A stretch of 64,000 nucleotides of DNA from a virus, in IMG/VR virus record IMGVR_UViG_3300020061_000004, positions 59,281 to 123,280 of that record; one strand, 5' to 3'. Shown in pieces: positions 28,168 to 38,205 of this stretch (positions within the stretch are counted from its first letter, which is position 1; every line of letters starts with the position of its first letter). The notes under the pieces are model-generated. The model did no database searches. It worked only from the letters and a program-made list of their open reading frames with translations, and was not told the DNA's origin. The position numbers and the translations under genes are program-made.

Positions 28168-28386
28168 TTTCTTAACAATCTAAAATACCCAAAAGTCATG
28201 AAAAAGCTTTTAATCTTTGTTATTATTGGCGTATTATTCACATCGTGTTATAGTTCAAAAAAGGACTATCGCTACACACCCATGCCCAGAAGTGGTAGAA
28301 TGTGTGATTATGTTCATAAACATTGGGTAGGTTTTTGATAAACTCGCGCCTAGAGTAAATCAATCTCTTACATCAATTTCTTTTTA

Positions 28387-28602
28387 ATGAACTATCATCC
28401 ATCAACCGAAAAGGTGAGTAATAACCCTAATTTAGGGTTTGCAATTAGTAAAGCATCACGGCAGCTTCATCCATGCAGAGTATATACAAAGGATGAATAT
28501 CCATCATTACCTGAAACAATGGTAAAGATTATATCTCAGGATGGGCGGAATATATTTCTGCCAGCGTCTAAGTTCAGCGAAATAAGCACAATGGACTTTT
28601 AA
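28387..28602 (+). CDS. Hypothetical protein
   Basis: 71-aa ORF. Confidence 0.5.
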   Translation: MNYHPSTEKVSNNPNLGFAISKASRQLHPCRVYTKDEYPSLPETMVKIISQDGRNIFLPASKFSEISTMDF

Positions 28603-28646
28603 ACCTTATCCAATCATTTATTTAATTTAAAACAAAAAACAAGAAC

Positions 28647-29216
28647 ATGGAAGCGACAAAATCATTATCGGCTCTTTTGAATAAGACAACCCCTGTAATT
28701 CTGGTAGCAAACGAAAACATCGAAGGAAGTCCTCTGGTTACTCCTCTGATGGATAGCGTCACTAATCTGCCCAAAACGGATATGATGGGTAAAGCACTCG
28801 GCAGTATTCGTGTACAGCAGGAAACCACCTCTTTGGCTAATGGCTCTTTCTTGAATGTACGCAAGCGTGTTGCATTCATCAGCGGCTCTGTTGAACTGCT
28901 CACCGCTATTATCTCTGGTAATGGCTTGAAAGCTGGTAGTGCATTGCCTGGAAAGATTGTTATCACTGAATCTCTGGAACCCTTCTGGAATGGCCAGAAT
29001 CATAAGATCAACCCGCAGACTGATGAACCCATTGGTGTTACCATCAATGACAAGTTCTATCCCGTCTATATGCGTATGTTGTATCAGGAAGATGGCAGCG
29101 GCAAGGATGTATTCATCCGCACACCTGAAGAAGCTGTTAATTGGTTTGCATCCCGTACAGCACTCACTGCTCAGACAGCAGGAACTGTTGAAACGGCTAG
29201 CATGCCACAGGCTTAA
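28647..29216 (+). CDS. Hypothetical protein with highly expressed-type codons
   Basis: 189 aa, A-rich leader, terminator at about 29251-29286. Confidence 0.7.
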   Translation: MEATKSLSALLNKTTPVILVANENIEGSPLVTPLMDSVTNLPKTDMMGKALGSIRVQQETTSLANGSFLNVRKRVAFISGSVELLTAIISGNGLKAGSALPGKIVITESLEPFWNGQNHKINPQTDEPIGVTINDKFYPVYMRMLYQEDGSGKDVFIRTPEEAVNWFASRTALTAQTAGTVETASMPQA

Positions 29217-29304
29217 TTGATATAAAATAAAGAACGTTCCGGCGGCATGGAGAAGAGCTAAGAAATTAGCTCTTCTTCTATTTTTTAATTCGTAACAAAA
29301 ACAA

Positions 29305-30033
29305 ATGAAAAAAGCAATTTTTCTTATATCCTTGTTGATAGGATCAATAATTGGATATTCTCAGACTATCACTACTGATAGTATCTTTACAGGTACTTCA
29401 ATGAATGGTAGTATTATTACCATCAAATCAGGTATTACTCTTACTTTCACTAAAGCAGTAGATATTACCGGCTGTACATTTACAATAGAACCAGGCGCTA
29501 CTCTTACTTCTAACAATGCTCTTACACTCAATGGATCAACCTTATTTATTAGTGGTACATTACAAGCTACTAATACAACAATAAAGAGTAGTACAGTAAC
29601 ATTAGCAGGTTGTGCATTTATTAATATTAAAAATCTTACAACTAATAGTAGTGATCAGTTAAGTGGGAGTGGATTGATAGTTGTTGCTAACGAATACAAG
29701 AATACTTCAAATCAAGGTCTTACTTTTAGTTCTACTATTTATATCAATACTAGTAATACTACGAATCTTGGAAATGCACAGCCTACTAATCAGACTATAC
29801 CTGCCTGTAGTGTCACCACACCTGTAGTATTTAGTGCAAGTCCTAAAGTAACAGCTATCTATGAGAACTATGTAACAGTAGAATTCAAGGTAGCTAATGA
29901 GGATCAGATTGCACGCTATAATGTACAGTTTAGTCGGGATGGTGGTAAGACATGGGAAACAGTAGCCGTAGTAATACCTAATAATACCACATTGAACAAA
30001 ACCTACTCTATTAACGTAAATTTATACAAATAA
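29305..30033 (+). CDS. Secreted beta-helix/Ig-like protein
   Basis: Signal peptide MKKAIFLISLLIGSIIGYSQ; Thr/Ser-rich repeats; C-terminal TPVVFS...YNVQFSRDGGKTW domain. Confidence 0.65.
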   Translation: MKKAIFLISLLIGSIIGYSQTITTDSIFTGTSMNGSIITIKSGITLTFTKAVDITGCTFTIEPGATLTSNNALTLNGSTLFISGTLQATNTTIKSSTVTLAGCAFINIKNLTTNSSDQLSGSGLIVVANEYKNTSNQGLTFSSTIYINTSNTTNLGNAQPTNQTIPACSVTTPVVFSASPKVTAIYENYVTVEFKVANEDQIARYNVQFSRDGGKTWETVAVVIPNNTTLNKTYSINVNLYK

Positions 30034-30224
30034 TGTCACGTAAGACAAAACTCATCGCAGCAGCAGTAATCATCATTGCAATACTTTTTACAATGGCTTC
30101 CTGCTCTAAAAAGACTTCAAGACCCAATGTGGGTACAACAACAATATTGGTACGAATACAGGCAATAAACTCTGTGGATACTAGCTCTGCTGGTTATTCT
30201 ACGCAGGCAGCCTTTAAGTACTAA
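30033..30224 (+). CDS. Small lipoprotein
   Basis: Hydrophobic leader ending in the lipobox MASC. Confidence 0.6.
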   Translation: MSRKTKLIAAAVIIIAILFTMASCSKKTSRPNVGTTTILVRIQAINSVDTSSAGYSTQAAFKY

Positions 30225-30383
30225 TGACGGCAAACTACCGGGGGAGTGGTATCAATGACCACTCCCTTTTATTTCTGTCAAAGATATTTTGTTCATTGCG
30301 TAACAAAGTGTAAGTGTAATTGTCATACAAGCTGGATGTTTCTACATCCGGCTTATTTTTAATTTCATTAAACATTATTTTAT

Positions 30384-30986
30384 ATGAAGGTAGAAATATC
30401 ACTTCTGTCATGGCATGTTAAGGTATATAAATGGTTTTACCATACACATTCTGTGCCAGTATCTCTTTGTAAGTATTTTTGGAAAACAGCTTTTGCTACA
30501 ATCATAGCGCCTTTTCTGCTACTGCTATCATTACCAAACTTTGTAATAATACATTATTTCAAAGGATGGAGATGGTTTATTCATCAGGTAGATAGAGTAT
30601 CTCCTAAGCATTTTGCTTTTGCTGGTGCTTTATTGTATGGTGCAGCGTGGATATTTACACACACTATCTTTTTCATTCTGGCTCTCATTCAGCATCATCA
30701 TATCACCACCAATCAGACAGTATCTTTTGCAATGACTGTAGTATCTACTATTATGATAATAGTAATATTTGTAGCTAATAAGTTTTATAATTATAAAACT
30801 GATCAAGAAAATCGGCTTTATACTCAATTTCGCCGTGCAAATCCTGAATTGGGATGGAGAGAATTCTATGAAGAATCCAAAAAGCGCAAATGGTATAGGA
30901 GATTTAATCTTCCCAATTCGCTACTTGTTAAAGCCATTATAGCATGGTATAACAAAAGTTGCCCTATTATTGAGTGGACACGTTAA
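30384..30986 (+). CDS. Membrane protein
   Basis: Three hydrophobic segments. Confidence 0.6.
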   Translation: MKVEISLLSWHVKVYKWFYHTHSVPVSLCKYFWKTAFATIIAPFLLLLSLPNFVIIHYFKGWRWFIHQVDRVSPKHFAFAGALLYGAAWIFTHTIFFILALIQHHHITTNQTVSFAMTVVSTIMIIVIFVANKFYNYKTDQENRLYTQFRRANPELGWREFYEESKKRKWYRRFNLPNSLLVKAIIAWYNKSCPIIEWTR

Positions 30987-30989
30987 CTC

Positions 30990-31618
30990 TGCCCTAAGAA
31001 TATAGGCGGTTCCTATTAACTAAGTGGGTGATAACCAAAGATTACAAGATGTAGGTCTTCTTATAATCCTAATAATACACCTTCTGAATACTCATAGTGT
31101 AGAAGACCACAGCTATTGTGAGAGCTAAGATGCCGATAGTGATACGGCTTTAATGCTGGGAATACCTTCGAGAAGTGGGCAACGGGGAAACTTCTCATTT
31201 TTGATACTCAGGTTATATTCAATAGGCTGCATGTATAAGGCGTCAGTTCATGAGCTGTTTATACTTGCAGGGAAATAGTACTAACCAAGTGCCGGATATA
31301 CTATCAGTTATATACTGTATAATCTGGGTATCATTAACTTATTAAAGATTATATAGTATCATTCTGTTGGATTCAGATAAGCTCAGGTAAACAGATAACG
31401 CTGGCCTTTCTTTCAAGGGCTATATAATCTTTAACTTCTTAAGCTCCTATACACCTTATTGATATATTAAGCCCATAGCATGAGGATGGTCAGGCTAAGC
31501 ACATACAACGCTTGAATAGGTAAATGGGACATGTAATCAAGTTGTGATAGTTACATGTTGGGTAGTGCTTAGGATGGATTAATAAGTGAGGCCAGATTGC
31601 CCTCTGTATAGGAGCTTA
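30990..31618 (+). ncRNA. Cluster of structured non-coding elements
   Basis: About 630 nt with no ORF of 60 aa or more on the plus strand; three consecutive domains closed by 14-16 bp stems. Confidence 0.5.
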
Positions 31619-31635
31619 TTTTAAACTTTATTATT

Positions 31636-31881
31636 ATGAAAACAATAGATACTACAATAGGTAAAATTCCTGAAATACAGCATTTGTTTGTAAAACTAAT
31701 AGCTGACAATGGCAATGGAATCAAAGGAGATATGAATATACTCAAAGATTCTACTGAATCTAAGGATGATAAAATCATATTCATGTATCCAAATGAATAT
31801 GGAGGATTTTCTCGTGGATCAATAAGTAAAGATCATGTATTATTTATTGATGGTAAAACCTTAAAAGAATTAAATTTTTAA
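31636..31881 (+). CDS. Hypothetical protein
   Basis: 81-aa ORF. Confidence 0.55.
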   Translation: MKTIDTTIGKIPEIQHLFVKLIADNGNGIKGDMNILKDSTESKDDKIIFMYPNEYGGFSRGSISKDHVLFIDGKTLKELNF

Positions 31882-31899
31882 CTCTTTAAACCAATCGGT

Positions 31900-32187
31900 A
31901 TGGATAAAATAGACTTAGATGCATTATTAAAAGAGTTCGTATTTGAAGATGAATATGGAGATGATTGTATTACTGTTAATACTGCCAAAGAATGTATGCG
32001 AAAACTTGTTCATCAAGCTCTTGTATTAGCTACTGAGAAAGCTCAGCTTGTTGGTACATGCGTTCATCAAGCATGGAGACCTGATGTATCTGATGATTCT
32101 GTTTATGTGGCTAATTCAAATGGACCAGATTATATTTATAGAGTAGATAAACAATCTATTCTTGACATTGAAAAATTGATTATATGA
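31900..32187 (+). CDS. Hypothetical protein (paralog of the next gene)
   Basis: Shares KIDL, AKxCM, LxLAxExA and DKQSILDI with 32184-32429. Confidence 0.65.
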   Translation: MDKIDLDALLKEFVFEDEYGDDCITVNTAKECMRKLVHQALVLATEKAQLVGTCVHQAWRPDVSDDSVYVANSNGPDYIYRVDKQSILDIEKLII

Positions 32188-32429
32188 ATAACAAGATAGA
32201 CTTAAATAGTATTATAGCTGAGGTAAATAAGCTTCCTAAATTCAATGGGGGAGTATATACTGAGGCTCAATATGCTAAAAAATGTATGGAAATAGCTATC
32301 CATAAAACTTTACTATTGGCTAGTGAGAATGCTAAAATGAAGGCACAGAAAGGTGGAGGAATTGATGATATATTCTGGGTAATAGATAAACAATCTATTC
32401 TGGACATAGATAAACTTATTGTCGATTAA
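32184..32429 (+). CDS. Hypothetical protein (paralog of the previous gene)
   Basis: Shares KIDL, AKxCM, LxLAxExA and DKQSILDI with 31900-32187. Confidence 0.65.
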   Translation: MNNKIDLNSIIAEVNKLPKFNGGVYTEAQYAKKCMEIAIHKTLLLASENAKMKAQKGGGIDDIFWVIDKQSILDIDKLIVD

Positions 32430-32807
32430 CTTTTTAAAAAATATCAATTATGATACATTACAATTTGAGTAAAAAACAGTTAAGAGAATTGGGAAACAAT
32501 CGTGTAAATGCACGTTGCCCTAATCGTCAGTCTCGCTTGACAGTAAAGGGTAAAGCGCATCTCTTTTTGAGGTTAAACCCTGTAAAAAATGTGGAATAAC
32601 AAATATCGATTTGTTGATAAACTCATTGCAGAGATGTTTGGACCAGCATTTCATAGCCCTGAGCATGATAAAGTATCATCATCAATTAAGATTACTATAG
32701 TCTTAATTGTAATGGGAATTGCTTATCTGCTTTATATCAAGTAACCATATTTAATTACAAGAAGCTCATAGTAATATGGGCTTCTTTCACATTTTAAATC
32801 ACTAATT

Positions 32808-33023
32808 GTGCGTGAATTCGATCAAGAAGAACAGGAAGAAATGGATGAGCAAATAGAAATGCTTATTCGTACCACTAAGAGTACTATTAAAGGAATGGAT
32901 GAAGAATTTCATCAACTCCAAGCTGAGAATGCAATGCGTGCCTATAATGCTTACCAGAAGGTAGGATTTACTGCTCAGCATTGCTTTGATCTTGTTGTAG
33001 CTTCTATGAAAGCTATAAAATAA
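32808..33023 (+). CDS. Hypothetical protein
   Basis: 71-aa acidic ORF. Confidence 0.5.
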   Translation: MREFDQEEQEEMDEQIEMLIRTTKSTIKGMDEEFHQLQAENAMRAYNAYQKVGFTAQHCFDLVVASMKAIK

Positions 33024-33033
33024 GCTTTAAAGT

Positions 33034-33126
33034 GGGCATGGTAGCATTGGTGGCGCTAATGTAACTCCCTCAACAGAAAAGCGCAAGCGGGATTAGATCG
33101 CTGGTTCGAAACCAGTCATGTCCCCA
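33034..33126 (+). ncRNA. tRNA-like RNA with acceptor stem and T-arm but no canonical anticodon arm
   Basis: GGGCATG/CATGTCC (G3.U70), GCTGG-TTCGAAA-CCAGT, ends in CCA. Confidence 0.6.
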
Positions 33127-33150
33127 CATTTTAATCATTAAAACAGTTTT

Positions 33151-33540
33151 ATGTATAAGAAACTTTTAATTCTTATTCCAAGTATTATTCTGTTCTTTGT
33201 AGGACTAAATCTACTTGTAACTCTTGCGAGTATTGGAGTATGGTATTCTTATACCACTCCTATATTAGCACTCTTATTGTGCTATGGGTTTGCTAAACTC
33301 TGGCGATATACCTTTAAAACCTGGTATGAATGGCTTGATGCTACAAGCTATAAGCGTAATGAAGCTATTAAGGAACGTATAAGAGCATCTGCCAAGCTCT
33401 TATCTACTACATCAAATCTGGAATCTGTACAAAAATTAGCTAAAATGCAAGCTAATAAAGTATGTCCTTATGGTGATTCCTCTGTTGCTCGTGTTACTAT
33501 TGTCATACCTAAAATTGATAGCGATGCGAAAAGCGTATAG
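33151..33540 (+). CDS. Membrane protein
   Basis: Two N-terminal hydrophobic segments. Confidence 0.55.
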   Translation: MYKKLLILIPSIILFFVGLNLLVTLASIGVWYSYTTPILALLLCYGFAKLWRYTFKTWYEWLDATSYKRNEAIKERIRASAKLLSTTSNLESVQKLAKMQANKVCPYGDSSVARVTIVIPKIDSDAKSV

Positions 33541-33757
33541 ATTCCTCACCTATCTAAGTACATGGATTCAAAATACTGGATTCTTTGGTGATACCCCATG
33601 TGGTGGATATTTCTGTGGAAATATTGATAGTGAACATAAATGGGGAAGTAGACATTATTGGTATTTCTTCATGGGAGTATTATTATTCCTTCTATCAATT
33701 GTAAGAGTAATAGTTTGGGCATTTTGGTATTGGGAGCCTGATCATTTAAAAAAATAA
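33524..33757 (+). CDS. Small membrane protein (start MRKAYR)
   Basis: WGSRHYWY followed by a transmembrane segment. Confidence 0.5.
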   Translation: MRKAYRFLTYLSTWIQNTGFFGDTPCGGYFCGNIDSEHKWGSRHYWYFFMGVLLFLLSIVRVIVWAFWYWEPDHLKK

Positions 33758-33766
33758 GTTTAATAC

Positions 33767-34306
33767 ATGAAAACAATTCTGTTTTTATTGATATTTATTC
33801 ATCAACCATTTCATTGGGAAGATCACAAACTATCGTGGATAGATTTTGAAGGAGTATATGATAAATCAGAAGCTTCGGCTTCATCGTGTACAGAGCTTTA
33901 TATGGATATGAACCTGGATTCAATCGGTGGAGTAGTATTCAATGTAAAAGCTATATTTCATCCTGAGTCATCTTTTATAGCACCTTTCTGTTCAAAGAGT
34001 AGTAGAGCGTTAAAGCATGAACAATTACACTTCGATATTACTGAAGTATATGCAAGACAATTACGTATACTTTTAGCCCCGCTTCAACATACTCATAATC
34101 AGAATAGTGTACAGATGTCAGAATACTATTATGAATTTGTGAGTAAGCAATGGAATAATACGGAGAGAGATTACGATTGTGAAACAGATCATGCAAATAA
34201 GCTCGTAGTTCAACAGATGTGGGAGATTCGTGTAGCGAATGCTCTTATAAAACCATTAAAGTATGCAAACAAATCTAGCCCCAGACTACGTAAAGTTCGT
34301 AGATAA
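33767..34306 (+). CDS. DUF922-like secreted Zn-dependent protease
   Basis: KLSWIDFEG, LKHEQLHFDITEVYAR, YDCETDH. Confidence 0.75.
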   Translation: MKTILFLLIFIHQPFHWEDHKLSWIDFEGVYDKSEASASSCTELYMDMNLDSIGGVVFNVKAIFHPESSFIAPFCSKSSRALKHEQLHFDITEVYARQLRILLAPLQHTHNQNSVQMSEYYYEFVSKQWNNTERDYDCETDHANKLVVQQMWEIRVANALIKPLKYANKSSPRLRKVRR

Positions 34307-34544
34307 TGGAGAGCGAATAGATCATCTTGTACAAGAAGTAATTGATAGAGCCCAGTATCATGCTGGATTTCTTGATTTCTTAGAGATGTTGTTAAAAGAT
34401 TATGAATCTCCTTTCGAATGGCTTGACACACCAGATGGAAGAGTAAGAACATTAAAACCTCATTTCGTTAAAACAAATTCAAATGGCAATAATATTGAAT
34501 CTGAGACCGGGACTGATAACGGATCAGAATTACAAAGCCTTTAA
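34263..34544 (+). CDS. Hypothetical protein
   Basis: 93-aa ORF overlapping both neighbours. Confidence 0.45.
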   Translation: MQTNLAPDYVKFVDNGERIDHLVQEVIDRAQYHAGFLDFLEMLLKDYESPFEWLDTPDGRVRTLKPHFVKTNSNGNNIESETGTDNGSELQSL

Positions 34545-35394
34545 GTTTCCGGGTGGTGAACTACATTTCATCTTAAGCGATTCATTCAAATATATTCTGA
34601 ATGAGAGCAATGATGATATTCATGTTTATGCAGGAGTAAATTCTGCTGAGGACCTTATTCTGTTGTGTATTGCTGTAGAGACAATAGCAAAGACCTATAC
34701 TAATGAAATTCATGTAGTATTTGCTTATATGCCCTATCAGCAAGCAGATAGAGACTTCTCTGAAGGTGAAAGTTTTAGTCTTAAAACCATAACAAACATT
34801 CTTAATGGACTACCGGTACAGTCGTTCACCATTTATGATCCGCATTCTGATGTATCTCCTGCATTGCTGCGTAATTGTCAGGTTATTACTAACCATAACT
34901 ACATCAAAGAAGTAGTAGATAGTATTGTACATGAGGATTTTCAGGAGGAACTTGTTATTCTTTCTCCGGATGCTGGAGCATACAAGAAGATATTCAAACT
35001 TGCTGAAGCAATTAAGTTTGATGGTGGGATTGAAACTGCCAATAAATATCGTGATATAAGAAGTGGAGACCTTAAAGTGAGGTTCTCCTGTGACGATTTT
35101 AATGGCAGAGATGTTCTCATCGTTGATGACATCTGTATCGGCGGTGCTACATTTATTGCTCTTGCGGAAGAGCTTTTGGATAAGAATGTGGGAAAACTGT
35201 ATTTAGCAGTATCTCATGGTATATTCTCCAGAGGATTTGGAGAACTCGGTAACTATTTTTCGAAGATATATACTACCAATTCACGGCACTCTGAATATGG
35301 TGATCTTATTGATGATTGGAATATTAATCATGCTCCTCGCACCAATAAATATCACACAGATGAGTTTGAGCTGGCAGTACATTCCATTATTTAA
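34483..35394 (+). CDS. Ribose-phosphate pyrophosphokinase family protein (probable NARP1 ADPR-PP synthase, Adps)
   Basis: FKFPGGE, YMPYQQADR, DPHS, SPDAGA, IVDDICIGGATF, VSHGIFS. Confidence 0.85.
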   Translation: MAIILNLRPGLITDQNYKAFKFPGGELHFILSDSFKYILNESNDDIHVYAGVNSAEDLILLCIAVETIAKTYTNEIHVVFAYMPYQQADRDFSEGESFSLKTITNILNGLPVQSFTIYDPHSDVSPALLRNCQVITNHNYIKEVVDSIVHEDFQEELVILSPDAGAYKKIFKLAEAIKFDGGIETANKYRDIRSGDLKVRFSCDDFNGRDVLIVDDICIGGATFIALAEELLDKNVGKLYLAVSHGIFSRGFGELGNYFSKIYTTNSRHSEYGDLIDDWNINHAPRTNKYHTDEFELAVHSII

Positions 35395-35405
35395 AACTTT
35401 TTACA

Positions 35406-35861
35406 ATGTTTTTTTTAAATCCGGAAAACTTCACACAGCGTCTTCGAACAGAATGGGAGACATATGGCGGGTTAATTCTTGCTGTAGACTATGATAGTAC
35501 TCTTGTTCCTTATTGGCAATATGAGATGAAAGACTCATATGAACCCATTCAACAACTCATCAGAGAATGTAAAGAATGGGGATGTACCATTATCATCAAT
35601 ACGGCTGCTGCTGAGGAGAGACATGAGAGTATTAAGCTTAAATTAGCTGAATTGAATATTCGTTGGGATTATTTCAACGAGTCTCCCTCTTATATCCCCG
35701 GCATCGGTAAAGGTGGTAAAGTATATGCCAATGTATATATTGATAACAGAGGAGGACTCTGGCAGGTATATACCACTCTTAAACAACTTCTTCTGGAGAG
35801 GCAAACTATCCTACTGAAAAAGCAGGTAAAAGCTCTTGACAGGTACATCACAAAATTATAA
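35406..35861 (+). CDS. HAD-superfamily hydrolase
   Basis: AVDYDSTL (DxDxT) and KVYANVYIDNR. Confidence 0.7.
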   Translation: MFFLNPENFTQRLRTEWETYGGLILAVDYDSTLVPYWQYEMKDSYEPIQQLIRECKEWGCTIIINTAAAEERHESIKLKLAELNIRWDYFNESPSYIPGIGKGGKVYANVYIDNRGGLWQVYTTLKQLLLERQTILLKKQVKALDRYITKL

Positions 35862-36357
35862 AACTATGGTAGAGGTACATTATCCACCCGCCAAGCCTTT
35901 TATTAACAAAAGATCATTTAAGATTTTCTTAGCTGGTACAATTGATCAGGGTAATTCCATTGATTGGCAAAAGCTAATGATTAAGGAAATTGAAAAGCAC
36001 TTTCCTGAAGGTAATATTGATATTATGAATCCCCGGCGACCTGATTGGGATTCATCATGGGAGAATGATCCTTGTCATCCTATGTTCAAAGCTCAGGTAA
36101 ACTGGGAATTGGATCAATTGGATAATGCGGACTTAATCATCATGGTATTATTGGAAGAAAGTATAAGTCCTGTTTCTATGTTGGAACTTGGATATCTCAA
36201 GGATCGTAGGATGCTTGTTTTTAATCCGGAAGAGTTCCATTTATACGGAAATGTAGAAATATTCTGTCGTAGAAATAATATACCAAGCTTTCACGATTGG
36301 GATGACTATTTGATTTCTATTAACCGTTATATTCGTACTTCACTTTTAAACTATTAA
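35836..36357 (+). CDS. Nucleoside 2-deoxyribosyltransferase-like protein
   Basis: IFLAGTI, NPRR, QVNWELD, SPVSMLELG. Confidence 0.8.
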   Translation: MTGTSQNYKTMVEVHYPPAKPFINKRSFKIFLAGTIDQGNSIDWQKLMIKEIEKHFPEGNIDIMNPRRPDWDSSWENDPCHPMFKAQVNWELDQLDNADLIIMVLLEESISPVSMLELGYLKDRRMLVFNPEEFHLYGNVEIFCRRNNIPSFHDWDDYLISINRYIRTSLLNY

Positions 36358-36365
36358 AACTTACG

Positions 36366-37979
36366 ATGTCTAACGCAGCACACAAAATCGACTTTTATAA
36401 ATCTGGACACAAAGTCCAGTATCCTGAAAATACAACACTCATCTATTCCAATCTTACTCCTCGAACGAGTAGAATACCCGGAATTGATCATGTTGTGTTC
36501 TTTGGGATGCAAGCAGTTATCCTTAAATTTCTCATTTACGATTGGAGAAAAGGATTTTTTAATCGTGATAAAGAATCTGTATTACATTCCTATAAACGTA
36601 GGCTTGATAATGCATTGGGTAAGGATGTAGTAGATATTAGCCACATAGCTGCTCTTTACGATCTGGGCTATCTTCCATTGGAAATTAAAGCCCTGCCTGA
36701 AGGAACTCTGGTGCCTATTAAGGTTCCTGTATTCACTATTAAGAATACCAAGCCTGAGTTCTTCTGGCTGGTAAACTATCTTGAAAGTGCTATATCAAAT
36801 CTGATATGGAAGCCTATCACTTCTGCAACATTAGCCTTCAACTTTCGCAAGAACTTTGAGGACTTTTATGCACAGACAATAGGAGAAAATATTCCTGATG
36901 GTCCTGTTATGTTTCAAGGACATGATTTTTCCTATCGTGGTATGTCAGGTGATTGGGATGCTGAAGCATCTGGTGCGGGTCATCTACTATCCTTCTGGGG
37001 AACTGATACTGTACCTGCAATTGATTTCCTCGAAGACTATTACTTTGCTGATAGTGATAAGGAAATGATTGGTTGTAGTGTTCCGGCAACAGAGCATTCT
37101 GTTATGTGTATGGGAGGTAAGGAAGATGAAATTACTACCTTCCGTAAGCTCATCACTGAGACATACCCTTCCGGTATTGTTTCCATTGTCTCTGACACAT
37201 GGGACTTCTGGAAGGTAGTAACGGAATATCTGCCTATTCTGAAGGATGAAATAACCAATCGTAAAGGTAAAGTAGTAATTCGTCCTGATAGTGGCGATCC
37301 TTATCGTATTATTTGTGGCTATATGCCTGAAGAACTTGTGGAAAGAGACGGAAAGTTATATTTTACTGAAGAGGTATGGAATGAAGAACATACAGAATCA
37401 AGATACAAAACTGATTCTAAATCATTAGAAATCTGGCAAGTAAGGGGACTTATCCAGTGCTTATGGGATACATTTGGTGGTAGTATGAGTACTCTGGGAT
37501 ATCGTATCTTATCTGAGAAGATAGGCGCTATCTATGGTGACTCTATAAACCTCACCAATCAGGTACAAATCTTACAGGGATTGAAGCGTAAAGGCTTTGC
37601 ATCTACTAACATTGTACTTGGTATTGGTTCCTATACTTATGAGTATCAGACTCGTGATACCTTTGGGTTTGCAATGAAGGCTACTTATGGTGAAGTAGAA
37701 GAAGCGGAAGCTAGGGAAGATATGGGTTCAGGATATACAGTAAAAACTGTAGGTCGTGAAATCTTCAAAGACCCCAAGACTGATAGTGGTATGAAGAAGT
37801 CTGCTCGTGGCTTGCTTCAGGTATTCGAAGACGAGAACAATGAACTACACCTGAAAGACCAGTGTACTTGGGAAGAAGAACAGCAGGGATTGTTGCAAAC
37901 CGTCTTTCTGGACGGACAGCTAATAGCTCCTATATCTCTCTCAGAGATACGCAATCGTGTTAATTCGTATATCATTTAA
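36366..37979 (+). CDS. Nicotinamide phosphoribosyltransferase family protein (probable NARP1 Namat)
   Basis: DFYKSGH, HDFSYRG, SVPATEHSVM, SIVSDTWD, VIRPDSGDP, IYGDSI, KDPKTD..KKSARG. Confidence 0.9.
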   Translation: MSNAAHKIDFYKSGHKVQYPENTTLIYSNLTPRTSRIPGIDHVVFFGMQAVILKFLIYDWRKGFFNRDKESVLHSYKRRLDNALGKDVVDISHIAALYDLGYLPLEIKALPEGTLVPIKVPVFTIKNTKPEFFWLVNYLESAISNLIWKPITSATLAFNFRKNFEDFYAQTIGENIPDGPVMFQGHDFSYRGMSGDWDAEASGAGHLLSFWGTDTVPAIDFLEDYYFADSDKEMIGCSVPATEHSVMCMGGKEDEITTFRKLITETYPSGIVSIVSDTWDFWKVVTEYLPILKDEITNRKGKVVIRPDSGDPYRIICGYMPEELVERDGKLYFTEEVWNEEHTESRYKTDSKSLEIWQVRGLIQCLWDTFGGSMSTLGYRILSEKIGAIYGDSINLTNQVQILQGLKRKGFASTNIVLGIGSYTYEYQTRDTFGFAMKATYGEVEEAEAREDMGSGYTVKTVGREIFKDPKTDSGMKKSARGLLQVFEDENNELHLKDQCTWEEEQQGLLQTVFLDGQLIAPISLSEIRNRVNSYII

Positions 37980-37986
37980 GACTGTG

Positions 37987-38056
37987 AGGGATAGAGAATA
38001 GACCACACTGAAATGGCAGACCTATAGAGTGGCGACAAGTTTGCTTCTCTATCCCT
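37987..38056 (+). ncRNA. Stem-closed element with TGGCAGACC and TGGCGACA boxes
   Basis: 12-bp stem AGGGATAGAGAA/TTCTCTATCCCT; the inner boxes recur at 63748 and 63831. Confidence 0.4.
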
Positions 38057-38205
38057 TCTTTATTTTTTAAACAATCATTATTTTTATGTATCAAGGAGAT
38101 TTTTGTGGGTATGGTATGAGGATATATACTCCTTTACTAGGATGATGAGATGCAACAGCATACCTATCCGTTAGCTGAACAATTTTTATTTTTAAACATG
38201 AAATA

